NCBI GenBank assembly: GCA_903944345.1
Contig: CAJARJ010000019.1
Span: 7,480 to 71,479 of the forward strand
Source: Candidatus Omnitrophota bacterium
Lineage (GTDB): Bacteria > Omnitrophota > Gorgyraeia > Zapsychrales > Fredricksoniimonadaceae
Length of the DNA: 64,000 nucleotides
Direction of reading: 5' to 3'
The notes below the pieces were generated by a model. That model saw nothing but the letters and a program-made list of their open reading frames with translations. It made no database searches and was not told where the DNA came from. Position 1 is the stretch's first letter, and every line of letters starts with the position of its first letter. This document shows, piece by piece, positions 22,745 to 32,296 of the stretch. Both the position numbers and the translations under genes were made by a program.

Positions 22745-23740
22745 ATGTCTAAGAAAGTTGTCAAAATAGCTGTTAGTGGTGCGGCAGGTCAAATAGGCTA
22801 CTCGCTGTTGTTTCGTCTGGCAGCGGCCCAATTATTCGCAATGGACTGCCGTATTGAGTTAAGCCTGCTGGAACTTGAACCAGCAATGTCTGCCCTTAAA
22901 GGCGTTGTTATGGAGCTGGAGGATTGCGCTTTTCCGCAGTTAGCCAGTATCAAAATTTCATCCGATCCATATGAAGCTTTTGCGGATGCCGACTGGGCAC
23001 TTTTGGTGGGTGCCGCTCCACGGAAAGCCGGAATGGAGAGAGCGGATTTGTTAAAGATTAATGCGTCTATCTTCTTGCAACAGGGCCGGGCATTAGCTGC
23101 AGCCGCACGCAAGGACTGTCGAGTGCTTGTGGTCGGGAATCCTTGTAATACCAATGCTTTTATTGTTAAAGAAAGCGCAGTTGGCTTAGATCCAAAAAAT
23201 ATTTTTGCCATGATGATGCTTGACCAGAACCGGGCGGCAGCACAAATAGCTCGTAGGGCGGCAGTGGACGTTACCGAGATCAGGCGGATTGGAATATGGG
23301 GGAATCATTCAACAACACAGTTTCCAGATTTTTATCATGCCACTATTTCCGGCCGAAATGTTCGCGATGTTATTGCCGATGACAGGTGGCTCCAGACTTT
23401 TTTTATTGAGACTGTTCAGAATCGCGGGGCAGACATAATCAAGTCCAGAGGCATGTCTTCAGCTGCTTCAGCTGCTAATGCCGTTGTCGACACGATGGCT
23501 GCAATCCTCACGCCAACCCTTGAGAATGATTTTTTTTCTGTCGCACAGATATCATGCGGTGAATATGGCGTGCCGGAGGGATTGATTTTCGGATATCCCG
23601 TATGTTCAAACGGTACCCGACTTATGGTTGTTTCGGGGCTGACGCATGAAATTTTTGCGGAACAGAAGATTAAGGCGACCATACAAGAGCTGGTACAGGA
23701 AAGGGATGCGGTCAAGGATGTTCTTAAAAAACAGCACTAG
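22745..23740 (+). CDS. mdh: Malate dehydrogenase
   Basis: VSGAAGQIGYSL, GVVMELEDCAFP, PRKAGMER, VVGNPCNTN, LDQNRA, IWGNHS, SSAASAA. Confidence 0.96.
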   Translation: MSKKVVKIAVSGAAGQIGYSLLFRLAAAQLFAMDCRIELSLLELEPAMSALKGVVMELEDCAFPQLASIKISSDPYEAFADADWALLVGAAPRKAGMERADLLKINASIFLQQGRALAAAARKDCRVLVVGNPCNTNAFIVKESAVGLDPKNIFAMMMLDQNRAAAQIARRAAVDVTEIRRIGIWGNHSTTQFPDFYHATISGRNVRDVIADDRWLQTFFIETVQNRGADIIKSRGMSSAASAANAVVDTMAAILTPTLENDFFSVAQISCGEYGVPEGLIFGYPVCSNGTRLMVVSGLTHEIFAEQKIKATIQELVQERDAVKDVLKKQH

Positions 23741-23812
23741 TTTTTTGAATGCCTGCTTGTTTTCCCGTAGTTAAAAGATATAATCTGATTATCTTAAATA
23801 AACGGAGGAGTT

Positions 23813-24775
23813 ATGATGGATTTCACCAGGACTAGAGCGGTAATTTTTACCGGCTTGATAGTATTGTTATCAACCGGATGTGATGCGTTTGTTTCCAAGC
23901 CAAAAACAACCAGCAAAAGTAGTTCGCGTTCAGCGGCAACAGATGCCAAGAAGGTTGATGTTGCGGCGATCAAATCAGAATCTGCAGCCAAGATGCTTAC
24001 CGAGCCGTTACCGGCTGGCGTTGTTGCCAAAGTCGGAGAATGGACGCTAACTCTTGAGGAATTTGAGGGGCGACTGAAAGGTGTCAAACAGGTTGTTCCG
24101 GATTTTGATGCGCGCGAGCCAGGCGCAAAAGAGGCCGTTCTCGATGAGCTTTTGCGTCAGCAATTGTTGGTTTACGAAGGTCGCCGTCAGAAGGTTGATC
24201 AGACGCAAGATATACGCAATGCGGTGAAAGATTTCGAGAACACCCTAATTGTTAGGGAGTTTGCCGAAAGCTTGGTGAAGGGCGTTCTGGCGACCGAGCA
24301 GGACGCGCGCGAATATTATGATGCTAACCCAGATGTGTTTATAGTTCCGGTTGAGAAAAGGGTTCGTGAAATTGTTTTGTTGACGGAAGCCGAAGCCAAG
24401 AGCGTTCTGGTTGAGCTTTTGCAGGGGGCGGACTTTGCACAGATAGCCAAAGACCGATCTAAAGGTAAATCGGCAGTTCTGGAAGGCGATTTGGGTTATT
24501 TAACGGAACCCCCTTTTGAGCTTATGAAAAAAGAGATCGATCCGCTGAAGAAGGGGGAGATATCCCGTGTTTTTAGCGGACCAGAAGGGTATTATCTGGT
24601 CAAGGTAGAAGATGTGCGTGGCGGAAACAAGCAACCATATGCTGAGATTGAAACGGATTTGGTTAAATGGCTTACCGGACAGAAACAGCAGCAGGCGGTT
24701 ATGGAGGTCATAGCCAAAACGGCTGAGACCGTCAAGGTTCAGGTGAATGCCGAATTACTTAAGGGCGACAAGTAA
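23813..24775 (+). CDS. Parvulin/PpiC-type peptidyl-prolyl isomerase lipoprotein (PrsA/SurA-like)
   Basis: Lipobox LSTGC, GADFAQIAKDRS, GDLGY, GEISRV, GYYLVKV. It ends 14 nt upstream of cpaB. Confidence 0.88.
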   Translation: MMDFTRTRAVIFTGLIVLLSTGCDAFVSKPKTTSKSSSRSAATDAKKVDVAAIKSESAAKMLTEPLPAGVVAKVGEWTLTLEEFEGRLKGVKQVVPDFDAREPGAKEAVLDELLRQQLLVYEGRRQKVDQTQDIRNAVKDFENTLIVREFAESLVKGVLATEQDAREYYDANPDVFIVPVEKRVREIVLLTEAEAKSVLVELLQGADFAQIAKDRSKGKSAVLEGDLGYLTEPPFELMKKEIDPLKKGEISRVFSGPEGYYLVKVEDVRGGNKQPYAEIETDLVKWLTGQKQQQAVMEVIAKTAETVKVQVNAELLKGDK

Positions 24776-24789
24776 CCGGGAGACAAGAT

Positions 24790-25701
24790 ATGGATCTTTT
24801 CGAAAACAAAAAGCAGTTGATCATGATTGCCGCCGCTGTTGTGATCGGCATTGTGGCTTCTGTCATGGTTGCTGGTTTTGTTTCGACGCGCATTAACGAG
24901 GAAACACAAATTTTGGCAGATCGATATCAACAGGCACAGAAGCAGAGAGAGCAGCAATATAACGAGCAAATGGCGGGAATGAATCAGAAAATTGCCGCAA
25001 TGGATCAAAATTACAAAAAAGCCATTGAGGAGTCCAGTCGGGCGGCCGACAAGCGACTGGCAGATGCTGTCGCAGCTGCTAAAGCCGCAGCTGCAGCTGA
25101 ATCAGCCAGAAAGGCGACCGAAGATGCTCAAAAGAATCCGCCCAAAAAGCCAAAACCTTCTCTGGCATTACGTACTCCTGCCGGGAAAAGGGCGATCACA
25201 TTAAAGATAGAGTCTATTGGCGCGGTTGGGGGGTTAATTAATCCGGGAGATTACGTTGACATTATTGCGCACTTGAATCTTCCCGCTGAGCCCGTTGCTG
25301 ACAAACAAAAAAAAGTTGTTACGGCCATGATTTTTCAGAGGGTGCAGATATTGGCTGTGAATACAAATCTTGATCAGATGGGGGAGTACGATGCTCAGCA
25401 GAAAGATGCTGCGCTGAAAATAACCTTTGCGGTTGACCCTCAGGAAGCTGGCCTTTTATCATTTGCAGAAAAGAACGGAAAATTGGAAATGGCTCTACGA
25501 GGCCCCAATGAAAGCAAGAGTGTGATGCTATCTAGTGCGACCTGGTCGACACTTGCCGAGTATGTTCTGGAAAATAGTGGCGCGGATTTGAAGATTCCCG
25601 ATTCAGAGTGGGGGGAAGAGGCACCTGTGGCTGAAGTGGAAACTGTTGACGTTGTTGAAGCTAAACCGTACATTCCGGTCTATCGGGGTGGAAAGGAGTA
25701 G
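24790..25701 (+). CDS. cpaB: Flp pilus assembly protein CpaB/RcpC
   Basis: N-terminal TM, coiled coil, then PAGKRAITL..AVGGLINPGDYVDII..VQILAV..ITFAVDPQEA..LEMALR (RcpC domain). Confidence 0.9.
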   Translation: MDLFENKKQLIMIAAAVVIGIVASVMVAGFVSTRINEETQILADRYQQAQKQREQQYNEQMAGMNQKIAAMDQNYKKAIEESSRAADKRLADAVAAAKAAAAAESARKATEDAQKNPPKKPKPSLALRTPAGKRAITLKIESIGAVGGLINPGDYVDIIAHLNLPAEPVADKQKKVVTAMIFQRVQILAVNTNLDQMGEYDAQQKDAALKITFAVDPQEAGLLSFAEKNGKLEMALRGPNESKSVMLSSATWSTLAEYVLENSGADLKIPDSEWGEEAPVAEVETVDVVEAKPYIPVYRGGKE

Positions 25702-25704
25702 GGA

Positions 25705-27378
25705 ATGTTGGCGTCAATAAATAGAAAATCGGTTGTTTTTGACCGCTCACTCAGGCTTGTTTTGATTCTTTGCCTTTTATCGTTTACTTCTGTCACGGTT
25801 CATGGGGCGGGAAATTTTGATCAGGTTCAGATTCTTAAAGGTGACATGGTCAAGATAGACACCAAAGCGCTAACTAAAGTGTCGATTACGGATCCTGAAA
25901 TTGCAGATATTAGTGGAGCCTCCGCAGAAGGCATCACTGTTATTGGAAAAGAAACAGGCCAGACTGTGTTATTTATCTGGGACGGCGATGTCAAGACAAC
26001 TACGATTGTTCAGGTAGTTCCTGAAAATACTGCATACCTTAAGAGTCGCGCCGAAAGCCTTTTGTTTAGTGCCAACATTCATGAGGTGATAGTTTCAGAA
26101 AGTCCTTATGAAGGTCGGATTGTTTTGACCGGAGAGTTGACGGCCGAAAAAAGAAACATTATGGAGAAGGCGCTTGAGCCATTATTTGGTAAGTATTTGA
26201 ATTTGGTAGGTGATGCGGTCAGTGAGGATATGATACAGATCGATATGCAGGTTACGGATTTATCGACAACTTTGACTAAAGAGCTGGGGGTTGATTGGTT
26301 TTCCGGTACGCAGTCAGGTGATGGAGCCACAGGGAAAGTAACTGGAACTATTGGTGATGGTCTAAATCCCATGGCGGTCGAGGTTCCTCCTGATCAAGCC
26401 GGAACATTTAATGATATGTTCAAGATAGGAAACTTCTATCGTTCAACTGATAGTGCGTTAATAGCCAAAATTAATGCCTTAATTATAGAAGGTCGGGCTC
26501 GCGTTTTGTCCAAGCCGAGGCTTGTTGTCATGAGCGGGAAGCAGGCAACGTTTCTTGTTGGTGGAGAAATCCCGATCAGAACGACAACAACTAATGCCAG
26601 TGGTGGGTCAACGCAGGAAAATGTCGAATACAAAGAGTATGGGGTGAGCTTGATGATGACCCCAACGATTCGTAACGACAAAGTCGACTTGTTGATGAAT
26701 GTTGAAATTAGTGATATTGATGCGGCCAATTCGAGCGGAGATGATGTAGCTTTTACGACTCGCACCGCCCAAACGCAGCTTTTTTTGGATGATCGACAGA
26801 CTATCGTTCTGGCCGGCCTGATACGCAAGCAGGATGGGGTTACCGTCCGAAAAGTTCCTTTGTTGGGAAGTATTCCAGTTCTGGGGATGCTTTTTCGTAG
26901 CAAAAAGACTCCTGCTAATGTCGGGGACAGTGAACTAGTTATCTCCCTGACACCGACGATTATTGCATCAGCCAATAAGAATAAAGGGGCGCGCGCCTTT
27001 CAGGCAAAAAAAGGTGGTTCTGCGAATTTTGAGCGGGATCTGTCTTCTTCATACGTTTCGGTGTCTCAAGCGTTGGCCCCGTATGCCAGACAGGTTCAGG
27101 AAAAGATATCTGCATTTATTGTTTTTCCTTATGAGGCGCGTAGAAATGGCTGGGAGGGTGTCGTAAAATTGGCTCTCATTATCAAACGCGACGGCTCCTT
27201 GAGGGATGCTTTTATTCAGGAATCTTCGGGATATGAAATTTTTGATTTGGATGCTCTTAATACAGCGCGGGGGCTTTCCCCATATTTTCCAATCCCGGAT
27301 GATATTCGCAGTGACGAAGTTTCGGTAACAATACCAATAGCCTATAGATTTGATTCTGTTAATCAAAAAGTTCAATAA
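25705..27378 (+). CDS. CpaC/RcpA secretin fused to a C-terminal TonB domain
   Basis: Pilus-formation N domain (ITDPEIAD, GKETGQTVLFIW), secretin core (ARVLSKPRL, FLVGGEIP, KVPLLGSIPVLGMLFRS, ELVISLTP), then TonB_C (FPYEARRNGWEGVVKL..DGSL..ESSGYEIFD..A). Confidence 0.9.
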   Translation: MLASINRKSVVFDRSLRLVLILCLLSFTSVTVHGAGNFDQVQILKGDMVKIDTKALTKVSITDPEIADISGASAEGITVIGKETGQTVLFIWDGDVKTTTIVQVVPENTAYLKSRAESLLFSANIHEVIVSESPYEGRIVLTGELTAEKRNIMEKALEPLFGKYLNLVGDAVSEDMIQIDMQVTDLSTTLTKELGVDWFSGTQSGDGATGKVTGTIGDGLNPMAVEVPPDQAGTFNDMFKIGNFYRSTDSALIAKINALIIEGRARVLSKPRLVVMSGKQATFLVGGEIPIRTTTTNASGGSTQENVEYKEYGVSLMMTPTIRNDKVDLLMNVEISDIDAANSSGDDVAFTTRTAQTQLFLDDRQTIVLAGLIRKQDGVTVRKVPLLGSIPVLGMLFRSKKTPANVGDSELVISLTPTIIASANKNKGARAFQAKKGGSANFERDLSSSYVSVSQALAPYARQVQEKISAFIVFPYEARRNGWEGVVKLALIIKRDGSLRDAFIQESSGYEIFDLDALNTARGLSPYFPIPDDIRSDEVSVTIPIAYRFDSVNQKVQ

Positions 27379-27396
27379 ATAATTGTTTCAGAAATT

Positions 27397-29571
27397 ATGG
27401 CAGCTAAAACGATAACAGTATTTAGTAATAAAGGCGGCGTCGGGAAGACATTTCTCTGCGTTAATAGTGCCTGTTCGCTGGCTTTGTCTGGTAAAAAAGT
27501 TCTTCTGATTGATCTGGATTTCCAGGCAGGACAGGATATGGCGCGCATGCTGAATCTTGTTCCGCGCAGCTCTATTGTTGAATCTTTTTCTCAGTTGGAG
27601 AATCAGGAAGATCCTGCGGTCATCAAGAAATTCGTCATGACTCACGCCATTGGCGTAGATTTTATTTCTGCAGTTTTAAGTTATCGGGAAATGGGGCAGA
27701 TTACTCCAGATAATATACGACCGTTTCTGAGAAAGGCTCAGCAGCTTTACGATTTCATCATTATTGATGTTGGAAAATCATTTACCGAAGTCCTGCTTTC
27801 AGTGTTGGACATGTCCAATCTTATTTTGCTTGCCGTTACTCCTGATATTTTAGCGGTATACCAGATCAAATGGGGCCTAGAGTTGTTGCAAAGCCAGCAT
27901 TTTCCGATGAAAATGATTAAAGCCGTTTTAAATCGTTCGGAAAGTCAAGGCGGAGTTGTGTGGCAGGAAGTTAAGGCGGCGTTAGGTTGCGATATTCTTG
28001 CCAGAATCCCATCAGACGGAAAAGTTGTCGGAAGTGCTCTTAATCGTGGAATTCCATGTGTGGTCGACAGTCCGCGGGCGCGTGTTTCTATGGCATTTTC
28101 GGATCTGGCAGAAATGCTGTGCAACGAAAACAATTATGTGCAGACCACGGAAGTCCTAAGGGTTCGCATAGTCGATGATAAAAAGCAGGATAATTTCTGG
28201 GAAAAGTTTGGTATTACGGAAAAAGCTTCCGGTTCACCAATAAAATATTCAAGCCAAAAAGATGAAGACGAAGGGGTTCGGCTTAAAAAAAGGATTCATG
28301 CAAAACTTGTTGATCGCATGAACCTCAAATCGATAACACCGGAAGCATTGGCAGACCCCGAGCAGGCGGCTAATATTAAGAAACAGGCTGAACGAATTAT
28401 TGTGGATCTCATCACTGAGGAGGCTGGAGCGATTGTTTCTTCTCATCAGGAAAGATCCAAGCTTGTTACCGAAATAGTTAATGAGGCGCTTGGGCTTGGT
28501 CCGTTGGAGGATTTGCTGGCAGATAATGCTATTACGGATATCATGGTTAATAACAAGGATGAGATCTATATTGAGAAATCCGGAAAAATTTTCCTGACCG
28601 GGCGAAAATTTATTTCAGATCAGCAGGTTCGCTCGACAATCGATCGCATTATTGCACCCTTAGGAAGGCGTATTGACGAATCTGTGCCAATGGTGGATGC
28701 TCGTTTGCCGGATGGATCGCGTGTCAATGCTATCATTCCTCCGCTTTCTTTGCGGGGCCCGATGATCACAATTCGTAAGTTTGCCCAGGATCGGTATACG
28801 GTAGAAGATCTTTTACAGCGTTTTCATAGCCTTTCGCGTCCGATGGCGGATTTTATTCAGGCCGCTGTTGTTAGCCGCAAGAATATGCTTGTGTCCGGCG
28901 GGACGGGTTCAGGAAAAACGACCCTCCTTAATATTATTTCAAATAATATTCCGGATGGTGAAAGAATTATTACACTGGAAGATGCGGCCGAGCTCAAGCT
29001 GATCAAGCCGCACTGGGCGCGCCTTGAGTCGAGGCCCCCGAACGTTGAGGGTAAAGGAGCGATTACGATAAGGGATCTTTTTATCAATACCCTGCGTATG
29101 CGGCCAGATCGAATTATTATTGGTGAGTGCCGTGGCCCGGAAGTTCTGGACATGCTACAGGCCATGAATACTGGCCACGATGGATCGCTAACAACCATCC
29201 ATGCGAATTCCACCAGAGATGCCGTAACCCGGCTCAATTCCCTCATTCTTTTAAGTGGAGTAGAGCTACCGTTACAAGCGGTTTATGACATGATTGCGTC
29301 GGCGTTGGATATTATTGTTCAAGTTGCCCGCTTATCGGATGGATCCCGTAAAATTATAGGGATTTCCGAATTAACCGGACGCATTGTGAACGGACTGCCT
29401 GAACTTAAAGATATTTTCGAATTTCGTCATACGGGAATAGATAAAGATGGCCGGGTGATGGGGGATTTTGTGCCAACAGGATATGTACCCGAGTGCTACG
29501 ATGATTTTGTTAAACGCGGGGTTGCTCTCTCTAAAGAAATATTTTCTATAGACCACGTTGTTTCCGCCTGA
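27397..29571 (+). CDS. Fused CpaE/TadZ (MinD-like) and CpaF/TadA pilus ATPase
   Basis: N-terminal SNKGGVGKT deviant Walker A. C-terminal GLGPLEDLL, DARLPDGSRVN, GGTGSGKTT, LRMRPDRIIIGECRG, AMNTGHDG. Confidence 0.93.
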   Translation: MAAKTITVFSNKGGVGKTFLCVNSACSLALSGKKVLLIDLDFQAGQDMARMLNLVPRSSIVESFSQLENQEDPAVIKKFVMTHAIGVDFISAVLSYREMGQITPDNIRPFLRKAQQLYDFIIIDVGKSFTEVLLSVLDMSNLILLAVTPDILAVYQIKWGLELLQSQHFPMKMIKAVLNRSESQGGVVWQEVKAALGCDILARIPSDGKVVGSALNRGIPCVVDSPRARVSMAFSDLAEMLCNENNYVQTTEVLRVRIVDDKKQDNFWEKFGITEKASGSPIKYSSQKDEDEGVRLKKRIHAKLVDRMNLKSITPEALADPEQAANIKKQAERIIVDLITEEAGAIVSSHQERSKLVTEIVNEALGLGPLEDLLADNAITDIMVNNKDEIYIEKSGKIFLTGRKFISDQQVRSTIDRIIAPLGRRIDESVPMVDARLPDGSRVNAIIPPLSLRGPMITIRKFAQDRYTVEDLLQRFHSLSRPMADFIQAAVVSRKNMLVSGGTGSGKTTLLNIISNNIPDGERIITLEDAAELKLIKPHWARLESRPPNVEGKGAITIRDLFINTLRMRPDRIIIGECRGPEVLDMLQAMNTGHDGSLTTIHANSTRDAVTRLNSLILLSGVELPLQAVYDMIASALDIIVQVARLSDGSRKIIGISELTGRIVNGLPELKDIFEFRHTGIDKDGRVMGDFVPTGYVPECYDDFVKRGVALSKEIFSIDHVVSA

Positions 29572-29574
29572 ATA

Positions 29575-29916
29575 ATGACTGCATATAATATTTCTCGCCA
29601 GACTTTAATTGCAAAACAAGTGCGGTTCGCAGATAGCCCATGGGCGCGCATGAAGGGCTTATTGGGACGCGACTCCTTGAATTCTGATGAGGGATTACTT
29701 ATAACCTGTTGCAATTCAATTCACATGTTTTTTATGCGGTTTTCCATTGATGCTATTTTCTTAGACCGTAATAATAGTGTTGTTGGACTTGTTTGTGCAA
29801 TTCCGCCGTTTTCTTTAAGTCCTGTTTTCTGGAATGCTTCCAAGGTGCTGGAATTGTCAAGTGGCACCATAAAGTTATCAGGTACAGAACTTAACGACAA
29901 GATTGAAATTTCCTGA
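29575..29916 (+). CDS. DUF192 domain protein
   Basis: ADSPWARMKGLLGR, CNSIHMFFMRFSIDAIFLD, VLEL; a family often found beside tad genes. Confidence 0.88.
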   Translation: MTAYNISRQTLIAKQVRFADSPWARMKGLLGRDSLNSDEGLLITCCNSIHMFFMRFSIDAIFLDRNNSVVGLVCAIPPFSLSPVFWNASKVLELSSGTIKLSGTELNDKIEIS

Positions 29917-30027
29917 GTATATACTTCCGCGAAAAAGATTACTTAAACCTTTCTCACATATCATAAAAGTGCTAAATTAAAACTGTCCACTCTGGACATT
30001 AATCTCGGTTATCAGGATTGGCAAGAT

Positions 30028-31833
30028 ATGGGAGTAACTTACAAATTAAAATCAGAAGTGGTTGATTTTATAGTAGAGAGCAAGCGGAGTGTCCCCTCGC
30101 TAAGTTGCCGGAAGCTGGTTGATCTTGTTCGGCAGCGTTTCTCGATGGATGTTTCGAAATCTTCGATTAATGCAGTTCTTAAAGAGTCTGACTTGAGCAG
30201 CCCAGTTGGACGCCATCCCAAGGGGGTTCCGCTTAAGAATTTTTTTATTCCCAAAGAGAAAAAAGAAAGCTTATTGCAGCAGGTTCAGCCATTTCTTGTT
30301 CCGGAAACTGTTGAGGTTGAGCCGTTGATGGAATTAAGGGAGGATTTTATCCAGCAGTTACCCCCGGAATTACCGCAAGTTGCGCAAAGCGACCAGCCTT
30401 TGAGGCTGGCGCCGGATATCATGAAGCTTGGCTTAGTAGAAGATGTTGCGCCAGAAGACTTTATATTACCGGAAAAGCCTTCAAATTTGAGCGACCCGGA
30501 GCCGGAACAAATTTGGAACATTTCAGATAATTTGCTATTTGAAAAAGGCGGAGCAATTTTTTTTGCTGCCATGTGGTGGCAACGGGCAAGATCTCCGGTG
30601 ATTGGTCAGGCTGTATGGCGCAGTGGTATTTTTGATGGCGGGCGTTTTCTTGAGACTGACTTTATACAATGGCTGGAAGGTCTCTTTTTGTTTCAAGCGA
30701 TTTTCGAAAAAAAGCAAGAGGACTTCTCGCGCGAAGAAATGCGAACGCTTACGGCGCTTTTTGCACACAAACAAACCGATCTTCCTGTGCCCTTAATAAG
30801 GAAGGAAGCATCAGCCGAGGAAAACAGGCGGTTGGCTTGGGACATTGAATCGGCATTGGCAGAAGCTTTTAGCATGGTTAGTTGTTATGAGCTGATCACC
30901 AGATCGGGTCGCAAAGTGCTGATGAATGCTTTTTTAGCCGGTTTTTTGCAGAATTTGCAGGAGGCAGGAAATTCTAGTCTTCCATTATTTTTTGCAATTG
31001 AGCGGGTTGCAGACCGTTTGGTGAATAATATTGAGCCATTGACGCTGCTGTATGGCGCTGGTCAAGATCCTTTTTCGCCATTGTTTGCTGAATACTGGGA
31101 TTTATTGACCGGAGAAACGCAAGATCCGATAGATAGAGTACTGGTTCATATGGTGGATGGCCGGGTTTTCCCGATGTTTGAACGTTTGGCGGCGATCAGT
31201 CGTTCGGTTGTTTTAATTGGGCCGGATCGGGAACAGGTTCTATCGGGCATTGATTTCGGGATTATTGCTGATGGCACAGCGTTTCACTGTGCTTTTACAG
31301 AAAGGACAGCTTCTTATTGCAAAGGGCTTGCAACTATTGCTGGAAAGAAAATTTATGCTTTTTGGGTGAGAGGGCTAGATCAGTCAGAACAGAAAATAAT
31401 ATTGACCAATATTTCTGCCAGTGCTTGTACTGATAATGAGATTGTGGCCCTTTTGTTCAGGACTTATGCACAGCAGCCGGTAACGGATATTTCGCAAAAG
31501 CTTCATCCATTGGAAAATCGGCCATTTTTAGTGGAGAAGCAAGGGAATTTGACCACAATTTTTTATACTCTTTATGAGTATCTGCATCGGGAGCTTGTAG
31601 CCAGTGTATTTCCCGTTCTTAGTCAGCTGGCACTTGATGAATTCAGAAATAATGTTTACACCTTACCGGCGCATATTATTAATCAGCCGGGGGCCTTGCT
31701 GGTTCGACTGCAAGCTGAACCCGGACATCCTTTTTTTGATGCCTTGGTTGAGGCGGCCAGATGGATTAATGCCCAGGACATTCGCGATCAACAAGGGCGC
31801 AGGCTGTATCTTTCCGTAGCTTCTTCTAAATAA
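30028..31833 (+). CDS. Hypothetical protein with N-terminal HTH and degenerate transposase-like C-terminus
   Basis: YKLKSEVVDFI..LSCRKLVDLVRQRFSMDVSKSSINAVL resembles transposase winged-HTH domains. The C-terminus (YTLPAHI..LLVRL..ALVEAARWIN..GRRLYL) resembles transposase tails. Confidence 0.6.
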   Translation: MGVTYKLKSEVVDFIVESKRSVPSLSCRKLVDLVRQRFSMDVSKSSINAVLKESDLSSPVGRHPKGVPLKNFFIPKEKKESLLQQVQPFLVPETVEVEPLMELREDFIQQLPPELPQVAQSDQPLRLAPDIMKLGLVEDVAPEDFILPEKPSNLSDPEPEQIWNISDNLLFEKGGAIFFAAMWWQRARSPVIGQAVWRSGIFDGGRFLETDFIQWLEGLFLFQAIFEKKQEDFSREEMRTLTALFAHKQTDLPVPLIRKEASAEENRRLAWDIESALAEAFSMVSCYELITRSGRKVLMNAFLAGFLQNLQEAGNSSLPLFFAIERVADRLVNNIEPLTLLYGAGQDPFSPLFAEYWDLLTGETQDPIDRVLVHMVDGRVFPMFERLAAISRSVVLIGPDREQVLSGIDFGIIADGTAFHCAFTERTASYCKGLATIAGKKIYAFWVRGLDQSEQKIILTNISASACTDNEIVALLFRTYAQQPVTDISQKLHPLENRPFLVEKQGNLTTIFYTLYEYLHRELVASVFPVLSQLALDEFRNNVYTLPAHIINQPGALLVRLQAEPGHPFFDALVEAARWINAQDIRDQQGRRLYLSVASSK

Positions 31834-31848
31834 AGCACGTTCAGTGGG

Positions 31849-31876
31849 TTGACGGGAAAAGCTGATATGCTATACT
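31849..31876 (+). promoter_or_regulatory. Sigma70-type promoter of the pilin array
   Basis: TTGACG-16 nt-TATACT with extended -10 TG. Confidence 0.7.
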
Positions 31877-31888
31877 TCAAATGTCTTT

Positions 31889-32080
31889 AAGAGATAAGAG
31901 ATCCTAAAAGCATTAAACAGGATCTTTTTCGCTCTTTTAGGTTCCGCCTTAGGGCGGTACATGATCGCTTGGCTGTTATTAAAAGGTCAAGCGGCCTTTT
32001 TCGGAGTGATCCGCAAAAGGATATAAGCCCGGACATAGGGGCCGTTTCCGTTTCGTGTCTGTTTGGAACGAAACCCGGGC
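31889..32080 (+). ncRNA. Structured leader RNA (five tandem hairpins), family unknown
   Basis: Stems AAGAGATCCT/AGGATCTTTT, CCGCC-ttag-GGCGG, CGCTTGGCT/GGTCAAGCG, CCTTTTTCGGA-GTGA-TCCGCAAAAGG, and GCCCGG/CCGGGC enclosing GTTTCGT/ACGAAAC. Confidence 0.5.
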
Positions 32081-32111
32081 GTAACTTCTTTCAAACGCAG
32101 GTGACGCAACG

Positions 32112-32264
32112 ATGAGATGGGTAACAAACCGCAATGCTCAAAATCTTATTGAATATACCCTTGTCGTTGCCGTTGTTTCGGCTGCAGTTGTGGCCATGAG
32201 CACCTACGTGTTTCGCGCTGTTCAGGCGGCACAGAAAGAAATTATAAGGGAAGCCCAGGAATAG
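32112..32264 (+). CDS. Pilin-like protein 1 (50 aa, below the ORF-track cutoff)
   Basis: MRWVTNRNA|QNLIEYTLVVAVVSAAVVAMSTYVFRAVQ..., class III signal with E at +5; SD AGGTG upstream. Confidence 0.85.
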   Translation: MRWVTNRNAQNLIEYTLVVAVVSAAVVAMSTYVFRAVQAAQKEIIREAQE

Positions 32265-32296
32265 TTTGTTCTCATCCGGATTTTTAAGGAGGATGT

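Noticed and set aside
22553-22745. tRNA-Glu as the integration site of a Tad genomic island
   Set aside because: It is followed by housekeeping mdh, and no integrase or duplicated tRNA 3' end was seen in the window.
30028-31833. Active IS element
   Set aside because: No identifiable catalytic triad, paired terminal inverted repeats or target-site duplication. Kept only as a possible domesticated derivative.
31880-32111. c-di-GMP riboswitch ahead of the pilins
   Set aside because: The conserved class I (GGCAAA..GACGCAAAG) and class II cores are not present in the right arrangement.
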